In this document: piece by piece, positions 51,923-64,000 of the stretch
Position numbering within the stretch: the first letter of the stretch is position 1
How the letters are laid out: each line of letters starts with the position of its first letter
Source: Octopus vulgaris
Taxonomy: Eukaryota
Reading direction: 5' to 3'
Length of the DNA stretch: 64,000 nucleotides
Assembly (NCBI GenBank): GCA_951406725.2
Contig: OX597828.1
Coordinates: 49,848,001-49,912,000 of the forward strand
Notes under the pieces: model-generated
Told to the model about the DNA's origin: nothing
The model's database searches: none
The model's input: only the letters and a program-made list of their open reading frames with translations
Program-made: the position numbers and the translations under genes

Positions 51923-53149
51923 GGGTGTGACTGTGTGGTAAGAAGCTTGCTTACCAACCACATGATTCCAGGTTCAGTCCCACTGCATGTCTCCTTGGGC
52001 AAGTGTCTTCTGCTATAGCGTCGGGGTGATCAAAGCCTTGTGAGTAGATTTGGTAGACGGAAACTGAAAGAAGCCTGTTGTGTATATACATATATTTATG
52101 TGTGTATGTATCCCTTTCCTACCAACCACTTGACAGCTGGTGCTGGTGTGTTTACATCCCCATAACTTAATGGTTCCGCATAAGAGCCTGATAGCATAAG
52201 TACTAAGCTTTAAAAAAATAAGTACTGGGGTTGATACATTTGACTACAAATTCTTCAGGGCAGTGCCCCAGCATGGACGCAGTCTTATGACTGAAGCAAG
52301 TAAAAGATAAAAAGCAAAAGATATTCATATATCATGTGATCACATGGTCAGCCAAACTGTTGGATGTTATACCTTGCTGGTCACAGTGTGCTTTTGCATA
52401 GTTTTTAGCTTTCAAATCGTGCCAACATTCCCCCTTATCAGAAAGCCAGTCTGTTGCAGAGTTACATGAAGTTCACAGATCTGAGAACAAATGTTGGCCT
52501 GCACTAAAATTATAACTGACTCCTACAAAACTAATAAGGATGACAGTGTGGTATGTGAGGTGGAGGATTTGGGGCTGATATACTGACGATAGGCAAGCAA
52601 TAGGATATTGGTGAAGGAACACACCTATAGTTTACCATAGCATAAAAAGAAACACCCAGAAGACACTGGATGACTTTTAGCTTGGTCAGTGCAAAAACTG
52701 CTTGCAGGTATCTTTGAGTGCACCTGATTTTAAGATAAATCCTGGCTGTTGGGTAGAATTGCAGGGTGCACTGACTCAACATAGCTATATGTATGGATTA
52801 TCTCATTCATGTTTACATTATTTAAATTATAACTTGTTTTTAATTACCTTGTGTTTCATATAATTATTTTATTCTGCATCAATTTTTTAATGTTTTTGTA
52901 TACCATCCTTATAGCTCCTCTCTGTTTTTTTTTCTCATATAAAATCTTTTTCTTGTCTATTCCAACACATTCTGTAACTCTTATGTCTACATTTTTCTTC
53001 TTTTTTTTTGTCTGAATAGGGCCTTGGTGGCAAATAAAGAAATCATCATCATCATCATGATCACCAAGCATCATCATCATCATCTTCATCATCACTACCT
53101 CCACCACCAACCATCATCACCATCATCATCATTATCATCATCATCATTT

Positions 53150-53820
53150 AGAGTGGAGTAGCAGAACTGTGAGCATGTTGGAAAAAATGCCTTGCATTAT
53201 TTGTTCCAGATCTTTACATTCTGAGTTCAAATTCTAGTGTGGTTGACTTTACTTTTTATCCTTCCAGAGTTGATAAATTGAAGTACTAGTCAAGTGCTGG
53301 GGTCAATGGTTTTTACTAATCCCCTTTTGCTCAAAATTGCTGGTCTTGTGCCTATCTTTAGAAACATATTATTATTATTATTAGGACAACAAATTAGCAG
53401 AATCATTTGAGCATTGGTGAAAAAAACCTTACAGAATTTCTTCTAGCTCTTTATGTTCTGAGCTCACATCCCACAAAGATCAACTTCTTATCCTTTCGGG
53501 GTTGATAAAGCACCAATCAGGTACTGGGGTGAACCTAATCAACTTGCCCCTTCCCTTCAGAAAATTTGCTGGTCTTGTACTTAAACTAGATTCTATTGTT
53601 ACTATTGAGAGTGGAATGGCAGAATCATTAGTGTTGGACAAAATGCCTGGCAGTGTTTCTTCTGGCCCTCTATGTTCTGAGTTCAAATCCTACCAAGGTC
53701 AACTTTGCCTTTCATTTTTCTGAGGTTACTGAAATTCGGTATCAGTCAAGTATTGAGGCCAGTTTAATTGACTTATCTCCTCTCCTGAATCTCTGGATTT
53801 GTGTTTATGTTAGAAACATT
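53150..53820 (+). mobile_element. Three head-to-tail degenerate family A SINEs
   Basis: Units at ~53150, 53385 and 53610, separated by (TTA)n-like spacers. Confidence 0.7.
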
Positions 53821-54361
53821 ATTATCATTTGTTGTTTACCTTGTTTATGCCCCTGTCAATATTTCAAAACTGTTTACCAATATTTATAATTTACAGTATA
53901 ATATATGTTTTCTGAACATGACTCCAAAGCAATAAATACTCTTTAGACTACATATTTGTATGCTAATTATTTCCTGTTCTTTCATTAAAATTATTAAATT
54001 CTCCTTCATTTCCTTTTATTTTTAAATATTATCATCAACACATTCCATTTTTCCAGGTTCCATAAACCAATACCAGTAAAATACTGGTGATGATTTAATC
54101 AACTGTTTCTCTTCTTAAAATGTATGGCCAAGACACTTTTTATATATTTTATCAAATAAAGAATTGCTATTCAAATTTTCTGATCTGTAAGGCTTTTGGA
54201 AGAAATCCATTTGAATTTCACCTTACAATATAGCAAAGATTTTCTTTCTACTAAATCAACAATTTTTTTTTCTTCTTACCAAATTACATGTTTGCTTTTT
54301 CCCTATATTAGCATGGGTAGGACGTACTAAAACAACTAGAGCAATCATTGAGCAGCTACAG

Positions 54362-55500
54362 ACCTTTGTTGCTGTTAACCCTGTGCAGTGTCACCTTTGT
54401 TGCTGTTAACCCTGTGCAGTGTCACCTTTGTTACTGTTAACCCTGTGCAGTGTCACCTTTGTTACTGTTAACCCTGTGCAGTGTCACCTTTGTTACTGTT
54501 AACCCTGTGCAGTGTCACCTTTGTTGCTGTTAACCCTGTGCAGTGTCACCTTTGTTACTGTTAACCCTGTGCAGTGTCACCTTTGTTACTGTTAACCCTG
54601 TGCAGTGTCACCTTTGTTACTGTTAACCCTGTGCAGTGTCACCTTTGTTGCTGTTAACCCTGTGCAGTGTCACCTTTGTTGCTGTTAACCCTGTGCAGTG
54701 TCACCTTTGTTACTGTTAACCCTGTGCAGTGTCACCTTTGTTGCTGTTAACCCTGTGCAGTGTCACCTTTGTTGCTGTTAACCCTGTGCAGTGTCACCTT
54801 TGTTGCTGTTAACCCTGTGCAGTGTCACCTTTGTTGCTGTTAACCCTGTGCAGTGTCACCTTTATTACTGTTAACCCTGTGCAGTGTCACCTTTGTTACT
54901 GTTAACCCTGTGCAGTGTCACCTTTGTTACTGTTAACCCTGTGCAGTGTCACCTTTGTTACTGTTAACCCTGTGCTGTGTCACCTTTGTTACTGTTAACC
55001 CTGTGCAGTGTCACCTTTGTTACTGTTAACCCTGTGCAGTGTCATCTATGTTACCGTTAACCCTGTGCAGTGTCATCTATGTTACTGTTAACCCTGTGCA
55101 GTATCATCTATTTTACTGTTAACCCTGTGCAGTGTCACCTTTGTTACTGTTAACCCTGTGCAGTGTCACCTTTGTTACTGTTAACCCTGTGCAGTGTCAC
55201 CTTTGTTACTGTTAACCCTGTGCAGTGTCACCTTTGTTACTATTAACCCTGTGCAGTGTCATCTATTTTACTGTTAACCCTGTGCAGTGTCATCTATGTT
55301 ACCGTTAACCCTGTGCAGTGTCATCTATGTTACCGTTAACCCTGTGCAGTATCATCTATTTTACTGTTAACCCTGTGCAGTGTCATCTATGTTACTGTTA
55401 ACCCTATGTAGTTTCACGTAATTTCAGTTAGCCCTGTGCTGTCTTTGTTCCTGTTAACCCTATGCAGTGTCACCAATGTTGCTGTTAGCTCTGTGCAGTG
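54362..55500. repeat. 31-bp minisatellite, about 36 copies
   Basis: Unit ACCTTTGTT(A/G)CTGTTAACCCTGTGCAGTGTC. Starts at 54362 and 54393 give period 31. Confidence 0.97.
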
Positions 55501-56438
55501 TCTTTTTTTTTTACTGTTTGACTCACTTAAGGTTTGGATAGATTTGAACTCGTGAGCTTGCTTGAAGTGTTTTTATCACTTATAAAATGAGTCCAGTGAC
55601 CACCTCTCCATTGCAGAAACTCAATAAACATGATGAATTACTGCAGTGTAAGTCATAGGACCTAAGCTAACTAATTTACCATTATTGTCAGCTAATTAAA
55701 GGGAAGCCTGTATAATATCTTTCAGAAGAAGATATAGGATTAAAAAGTCAGTTAAATATTCTTTTTAATTAATACTTCTATTACAATGTGTGAAGAACAA
55801 GACTTTCTTTATACGGCAGACAGCACTGAAGTCATGTGTATAATGTTGTGGTGTTGCAGTGGAAATAGTTGCCTTATTTAGGTTTCTGCAGCTATTTGCA
55901 CATTCCAAGAGGTCAAATTTATGTTAACCTTGACAAGATGGTTGCAAGTCAAAGTGTTCATTTCATCAACTTCTATAGAAGAGAAAGACAAAAGCAAGAA
56001 AAATGTGTCTCACTTTACTATTTCCTGTTCCTGGTTAGTTGACTGCCAAAAGTTATACATATTAACTTGATTCTGCTTCACAATTTTATATAGATATATT
56101 TGTGTGTGTATAGTTTTATTTGTGTGTGTGTATGATTTAATTTTTTATAAATATTTCCTTTCAATTAAACACCATTTTTAACAGATATCTGATCGACTTC
56201 AGGTTTCATATCAAATTTTAAGCTTTGTATGAATGGATCATACCTGTATGAAAATAATTAATAGATGGGGTAGGTTTAGGAGTAAAAGCACACCTGACAG
56301 TAAAGGCATTTTCTTTCAGTTCAAAAGACAGACAAAGAAGTATTTATATGGAATGTTATTTTAAACAACACCAGAATGAAATGAAATGAGAATAATTCAC
56401 TGTAAGTAGGCTGTTACCATGTGAGGCTTTATGGGAAA

Positions 56439-56635
56439 GTAAGAGGTGGTATAGGTGTGCAGTGAGAGGAATTAGGGTGCAGTAAGAGGTACGACAGGCC
56501 TGAGGGGAGAGGATTCAGGGTGCAGTAAGAGGTATGGCACGCCTGAAGTGAGAGGATTTAGGGTCAAGTAAGAGATGATGTAAGTATGAACTGAGGAGTT
56601 ATAGTAAAGTTAAGAGGGGAGGTAGGCCTGAGAAA
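56439..56635. repeat. Degenerate 43-bp minisatellite, 4-5 copies
   Basis: GTAAGAG starts at 56439, 56482, 56525 and 56568. Confidence 0.75.
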
Positions 56636-58306
56636 AAGTGTAAGCAGTTAGTTTATAACTAATGATTTAATGTTGTGTACATAATTAGTGTAGATACTAA
56701 CAATTTCTTCTACTGACACTAGCTCCCTTGGTTTTTCTATTTCTTTACCCTACAAAACACACTCAATAATAATAGGTTCCATCTGTTTGATAATGGATGG
56801 TATCTAATAATTACAAGGTGCTGTGGAGATCTTTGGATGGTTTGATACCAGAATATTTTATCTTGAATTTGTGTGATCCAGAAGAGAATAAGGCTTGTAT
56901 AATGTGTGTGTGTCTGAAGCCAAGTTTTCAAGGTGTGAAAAGAGATATTTTATGTACTTAGTCTTGTCTTATATTGTCACATGTTGTTATAGGCAGGTAT
57001 CATTGACGAAAGGCATCCATTCATTATACTTATAAGTCTGTTATATCAATTCATTTCTCAATGCTATACAGTAGGTCAACTTAATATAAAAGGGAATCTA
57101 TTTGCTACACTGCAAAATTGACCCTCCCTGTTACCCAACGAAATGAATCCCTCCTCAACCGTACATAATGAATGCCTCTACTACACCCTATCAATAACAT
57201 GAACTCCTGTTTTGATGCATGTGTATTTCAGTCAATTGATTAACAGAAGCACCTATTCCTTGAAATATACAGTGTTAGTGGTTGAATATCCCACAGACAC
57301 CAATTATTATTAATGTAATTTTTAAAGTTGAATAAAGTTGAAGTTGGGTTGGACAAGGCTAGGTTCATCAACTGCAAGTATTGTGTATCTGAAAGGCTTC
57401 TGAACAGTCTATCTTGTCTACTCACCCCCAGAGGTTTGGTTGACATGAATCAATGGTAGAGGAGACTTGTACCTATTACTGCACACTGAACACGTAAAAA
57501 CATTTAAATATGCAACCATTGCAGTTGGTTTTGTTTCAGCACACGATTTCAGATCAGATCACATGCTATGCAAGTACATCTCTGTAACATATATATATAT
57601 ATATATATATACATACAAACATTATCATCATTTAAAGCCTGTTTTCTGTGCTGGCATGGGTTGAATGGTTTGATAGGAGCTGGCAAGCTGGAGAGCTACA
57701 CCAGGCTCCAATTGTCTGTTGTGGCATGGTTTCTACTGCTGGATGCCCTTCCTAATGCCAACCACTTTACAAAGTGTGCTGGATGCTTTTAACCTGGCAC
57801 TTGCAGGGTCACCAAGCAGCTTGCAAGACAAAGACTTCTTAGCTGAGAGAGGGAACTGAAGGAAGGGACTGTGAGCCTGGTGAGAGGTTAGAGTATAATA
57901 GAGGGACATAGACAGTTGCCTTACTATATATATATATACACATGCACATAAAATTTGTGCATTTCCTGTTGGCAGATTATAAATTTTATATTGGCTCTGT
58001 GTGTGTGTGTAATTTTTTTGTGTTGAGCCTACATGGCATACATGGCCTGCGCTTATCCAAATTTTTTATGCATTTACGCTCCTACAAATGGGATGCCAAT
58101 CTGTTACAGGGTTAACCCTGGGTGCCACTGGTACTCCTTTTTCTGGAGGAAGGGCCTGACCTAACAGTGGTGAGTGCACTACCTTAACCATCAGGGCTTG
58201 TGCTCCCTTCTCTCTATATATGATCTCCATCTGTGTATTATACTTTATGTAAATGCATTGGAAAGCAACAAGTGCGTCTGTGTCTCTTTTTATATATATA
58301 TATATA

Positions 58307-58616
58307 TCACTGATCACTGTAACCAACCAGGCTATCAGATGTTGCTACACATCGCTGGTCATAATGCACTTCGCATTGTTTTAGCCTTCAAATGACGCCA
58401 CCCCGCTGGCTAAGCGAGCAGGCCAACAGAAGAAAGAGTGAGAGAAAGTTGTGGCGAAAGAATACAGCAGGGTTCACCACCACTACCCTGCCGGAGCCTC
58501 GTGGCGCTTTAGGTGTTTTTGCTCAATAAACACTCACAACGCCCAGTCTGGGAATCGAAACTGCGATCTTACGACCGTGAGTCCACTGCCCTAACCACTG
58601 TGCCATTGTGCCTCCA
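58307..58616 (-). mobile_element. tRNA-derived SINE (family C head, third tail type)
   Basis: Homologous to 22192-22498. 3' end at (TA)n. Confidence 0.85.
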
Positions 58617-59792
58617 CACACACACATACACACACACACACATACATGAAAGAGAGGGAGAGAGGTCTAAGAATAGTGTACTAGGTAGAATTACCCCAAA
58701 GAACAAGAGAACTCAATCTATTTGCAGAATAATAAATTATGGGTATTGGAACTCAGTGCTTCACAGTAACTAATAGTTTCATCTTTAGTGTGAATCATCA
58801 GATTGAGGAATTTTTCTTTTTATGTAAATTCTATTTATTTGGTTCAGAAGAGTGAGGTGTGTATGTGTTTGGGTCATTTGTAATTTTTTTTTTTTTTTAC
58901 TTTTATATGAAGGCATGAGAAAGTGGTATGTAAAGAGTTAAAAAGACGGTGACCTGGCAGAAACATTAACACGCCGGTCCAAATGCCTAGCGGTATTTCA
59001 TCTGCCGTTATGTTGTGAGTTCAAATTCCGTCGAGGTCGACTTTGCCTTTCATCCTTTCGGGGTCGATAAATTAAGTACCAGTTATGCACTGGGGTCGAT
59101 GTAATCGACTTAATCCGTTTGTCTGTCCTTGCTTGTCCCTTCTACGTTTAGCCCCTTGTGGGTAATAAAGAAATAGGTATATAAAGAGTTAAGTAATTTT
59201 TGTGATTAGAAAAAAAAATGAATTAGTTATTGAGTGGTATGGTGCGTGAATGGGTGTAGTGGTATGGTAATCGAGCAGGTATGAAAGTTTGTGAAAATGG
59301 AGTTCACTGAAGCTTAAAAATTCTTATAAATATAGATTAGGTTAAGGGTTGTAGCAGGTTGTTAGCAGGATGGGGGAGAATGGCAGAGATTTGATGTATT
59401 TGTGTAAATTAGTTTATTGGAGGGTGTATAGAGTGTAGGGAAGGCGCTGAGACAAAGTGCTTTTATATACATACAGAGAGAGAGAGAGAGAGGTATGTAC
59501 TCACATACATACAAATGTTCTCTCTCCCCACTCTCTCTATATATAAATTTGAGAGAGAGAGAGAGAGAAAGTTATGGTGAAGAAAAATGCAAAAAATAAA
59601 ACAAGGGAGGATAAATCCATGATCAAAATTACTGGCTTGGTGGTTAAAGAAATGTAGTGTTATTTGTTATGACGTTTTGGACACTGTCTTATTTTCGGAG
59701 TAGGGCAAAAAGTGGGAAGAGAGGAAGAAAAGAGGAAAGCATAGGAAACTACAATCTTGGCAACCCCCTCTCCTTAAAAAAACCCACTCACT

Positions 59793-59823
<31 letters not shown>

Positions 59824-62074
59824 ACATCATCGTCATCATCATCATGTGTCCATTTTACATGTTCACATATTTTGGACAGGTCATCATGGTCCAAGTCAGT
59901 TCTTCAGAATTGCTTCTCCCCTTAATGGATTGGAGGGTGATGATTTGCTTGTTTTCTGTAGCTGGAAGCCCTTCCTGAAACCAGCCACTCTGCAGAGTGT
60001 ATTGAATGTGTTTACCATGGTACCAGCACAGGAGAGGATGTTATACACTTGACAGAATTAAGGAGCCATCTCTACTCTACATTCTGTATCACCATTGATT
60101 GTGACTCTGAGAAAACATAATGATCAAATACCTGTATATGGCGAAGTATCTCAAACTGTCATGGAACGTGGGACTTTGATGATGAATTTGAAACAGATGG
60201 GGTTGCAGAGTTTAGAAGTGAGCTACCATGTCATAGAACCTAAGCTGTTTGAAGTCTATGGGCTATAGTTAAGAAAAAAGATGGCCAACTTGCATTCTAG
60301 CAATCAAGGAGAATTGAAAGCTACTATCTATTTACTTGTACTTGCAGTGGCATTCACTGGGTTGGACTGTGCTGACTCTGGCCAACAAGTTCACTATGAC
60401 CCTCGTGAATGCTGACCACATCCGATGGTCAGTTCCAGTCAAGGCTGTAACAGACACCCACTCCTGGTTCCACTGCTGAAGACTCAGATGCAAAAGGCTG
60501 ATTGTGCTTCCATGTCTGCCTTTATCATTGCCATCCACCTCTTTTTGAAAGCTATCTTGTACACATAAAACACATATACTAGTATATACATATGCTATAT
60601 TGAACTATACAGATAGACATACAGACATATGAATTGATGGATACACTTACATAAACCTGCACTTGTACCCATACTATACATATATACATGCAGGGGCATG
60701 AATATACACATGAATGCATGTGTGCATGCTTACATAAACAGATGTACATGCAGAAGTATGAGTGTATATATATATATACGTGATATGTGCACTTGATTGA
60801 ATGGACAGATATACATATATATACTCATACATATAAATATGGATTTACATAGATACATATTGTTACATACATTCATAAGTGTGTGTATGTGTGTATGTAT
60901 ACACCCCCCCCCACACACAGAAAGATAAGATGATATATACACATGTACACAAGTACAGACAAGCACATGCCTAGTCATCTAGAGATTATACACTCACATG
61001 CACTCCTGCCTGCCCAAACATGGCAAGACTGTTGTTAAAATTTGTGTTTATGCATATATTTTTATGTGTGTATAAGTTTATATGTATATATATAGGTTTA
61101 TACTTTCAGGAATGCATATATAGTAACATGTATGTGCAGGTGTTTGCATGTGTATATCCTTCACCCTTCTTGTTACATATCTCTCTTGTTATCCACCTAT
61201 CTCACCCACCCCACTGTTATCCATGTCTCTGTCACCTTTCTCATACCTCTGACATTCATGCTAACCTCTTGGTCATTCTCTCCTCTACTCAATCTCACTC
61301 TATGTCCTATGCTGCTGGCATGACTAAGGATAGCAGTGGATCTCTTTGCCTCGTCCCACATTACTTCCAGTGTTTCTAGGGATGCCATAGGATCTGTCTA
61401 ACTTCTCCAACACCTCACCCTACTCTGACATTGACCCTCTCTCTAACACTCCACCTCTTTCCCTCTTATTTTTATCACCCTAGCTCTCTCACCATCTTGA
61501 GGTATATACTTAAGGGACTGCATCAGACATGCATGTACTTCATAAACTCTACCCATACTCTTTGCTGGTCATTTGGTATTGCCATCCATCATTTATCTAC
61601 CTCATGCTACCCACCACTTTCTTACCCTTATTCTCTCTAGTGCTGGTGCCACAATACACTGCACTCAGTACATTGTGTAAAGTGGTTGGTGATAAAGAGG
61701 GCATTAAGCCCCATGTGAACCATGTAAACAAATGACACAAGCAAGATTTGATTACCTGATCAAACAGATGTAAATGATTGCAATGATGATGATAAATGTC
61801 AAGAGTATAGAGATATATGCATTGAGATATACATACATGAAAAGATGTGCACAGCTGTATACCCATGGCCAACCATGCAAATGAATATAGACTTAAACAG
61901 ATATACAAGTCCATACATGTGAAGGTCCTTATGTACGAAGGAACATACGGATATGCATACACAGGCAGAGGGAGGCATGTGTACATAGACTGAAATAGAT
62001 ATATACAGATACAAATGCTTGTGTGTACGTAGATATGTGTATATATGTATGTGTGTATATATATATATATATAT

Positions 62075-62605
62075 GTGAAGACGTGTTGAGGCAAGTGAGG
62101 ATCAGAATCGAAATCGATCAATGGAAATTGCGGATGTGCTACCAGTGCCGGTGGCATGTCAAAACTCTGCTTGTGAAGACCCGTTGAGGCAAGTGAGGAT
62201 CAGAATCGAAATCGATCAATGGAAATCGATCAATGGAAATTGCAGATGTGTTACCAGTGCCGGTGGCATGTAAGAGAACTTTCCGTTTCGCGACCGTTGC
62301 CAGCACCGCCCCGTTTCGTGTCCGTTGCCAGCCTCGCCTGGCCCTCGTGCCGGTGGCACATAAAAAGCACCTTCCGTTCGTGGCCGTTTGCCAGCTCTGT
62401 CTGGCACCAGTGCGGGTGGCACGTAAAAAGCACCCACTACACTCACGGAGTGGTTGGCGTTAGGAAGGGCATCCAGCCGTAGAAACACTGCCAGATTTGA
62501 CTGGGCCTGATGAAGCCTTCTGGCTTCACAGACCCCAGTAGAACCGTCCAACCCATGCTAGCATGGAAAACGGACGCTAAACGATGATGATGATGATGAT
62601 GATGA
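62075..62605 (+). mobile_element. Long RTE 3'-UTR fragment with internal duplication
   Basis: ~100-bp direct duplication (starts at 62074 and 62172), tandem GTGCCGGTGGCAC.TAAAAAGCACC subrepeats, (GAT)n tail. Confidence 0.8.
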
Positions 62606-62729
62606 TACACACACATATACATTATATATATATATATGTATAAATGTGCATGCATATGGATAGACATGTATAGATACAATTACCAGTAAAAGCATAAGGC
62701 AGGTACACATGTATTTATATCAATAGTGT

Positions 62730-62778
<49 letters not shown>

Positions 62779-64000
62779 CATACACACACATGTGCATACT
62801 ATTTTTTGCTTATTCATTTTACATCTATTTTAAAATTTATCTTCATGCTAGCGTGAGTTAAACAAATACATATTGTTCAAGCATTGTTTTACAAACTGGA
62901 TGTCCTTTCTGCTTCTAACCCTTGCTTGTTTTTCAAGGAAGGGAAAAAAGACTTTTCATTCCGCTCATCTTTGAAAGTGCATAACCACTGGGCAATTTGT
63001 TGACAATACTCTCCACAGCTCAGCGAATTTTATTTCTTTGTTCACACACACACACACACACACACACATATGTATGTGATCCTTACAATAATACATATTT
63101 TGAAGATGTGTATTTTTTTTTTTTTCAAAGTCATTATCCCTTTGTGAAAATACGGAAGTATTGAAACTTTTTATATCAATACAAATATCAAATCTACTTT
63201 CCCATCTGTGGAGATATTTTTTTCTGAGTCATAATCCTCTCAGATGTTTTTCTGAGAACCATGAAATTATAAATCACTTCCCTGGCAACTGCACCCCCTT
63301 AATATGTGTGTGTGTGAGTGTGTGATTATTTTGCAGGGATATAGTTACCTGCTGAGGCATTCACATATGGAGTACATGTTCATATATATATATATATATA
63401 TACATGAGTATACATGTAAATACATAAAACATATGTGAAGGTGCATGCACTTTGAGAACTTTAGGTAACCATGCACATAGATGTAGGTATACATATGCAG
63501 ATACAAACAAAATACAAGCAAAAGTGGATACATTAAAGATATGTAGAGATGAAAATTGCCATTGCTTCCTTCTCTCAATTCTTCACCTACTGGCAGCCTT
63601 CTAAATTCCCTAATCTGATCTTTTTATTTTACTTGTTTCAGTGATTAGACTGTAGCCATGCTGGGGCATCATCTCCAAGAATTGAATCTAATACTTACCT
63701 TTTTTAAAGCCTGTTACTTAGTCTATCAGTCTCTTTTGCTGAACTGCTGAACCATCCGATTGTGGCCGTTGCCAGCCTTGTCTGGCCCCCGTGCCAGTGG
63801 CACATAAAAAGCACCATCCGATTGTGGCCATTTGCCAGCCTCGTCTGGCATGTAAAAAGCACCCACAACACTCACGGAGTGGTTGGCGTTAGGAAGGGCA
63901 TCCAGCTGTAGAAACACTGCCAGATCAGACTGGGCCTGGCACAGCTTTCTGTCTTCCCAGACCCCAGTTGAACTGTCCAACCCATGCTAGCATGGAAAAC

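Noticed and set aside
52990-53060. Pyrimidine tract plus AG as acceptor of exon 2
   Set aside because: The phase-1 reading stops within 14 codons, and the sequence resembles a LINE 3' end (AATAAA then (ATC)n).
54362-55500. CRISPR-like array or coding repeat
   Set aside because: Units are contiguous with no spacers, the context is eukaryotic, and with period 31 the TTAA places stops in all six frames.

Overview
Eukaryotic, AT-rich, microsatellite-dense DNA. The repeat content (tRNA-derived SINEs, RTE 3' tails ending in (GAT)n, large (TA)n/(CA)n tracts) looks like an Octopus genome; this is an inference. Nearly all ORFs in the track are translated microsatellites or transposon debris. Supported content: broken RTE and CR1-type LINEs, mariner, maT-like and pogo remnants, two non-autonomous Helitrons, several MITE-like fold-backs, many SINEs, a 31-bp minisatellite of about 36 copies, and one plausible first coding exon (15419-15470, MSDRESDEDQQQQAQNR) whose next exon I could not find. 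The main unexplained signal is about 10 hammerhead-ribozyme (HHR) motifs, several with an intact core and base-paired helices. They lie in short (150-500 bp), mostly sequence-unrelated non-coding inserts whose 3' ends abut (TA)n tracts, consistent with Penelope-like or retrozyme-like microsatellite-targeting elements. Variants include a back-to-back inverted HHR pair, an HHR with a 60-nt helix II, a recurrent U4C core, and a copy next to a 392-bp duplicate of nearby DNA. All folds were paired by eye, and repeat boundaries are approximate.
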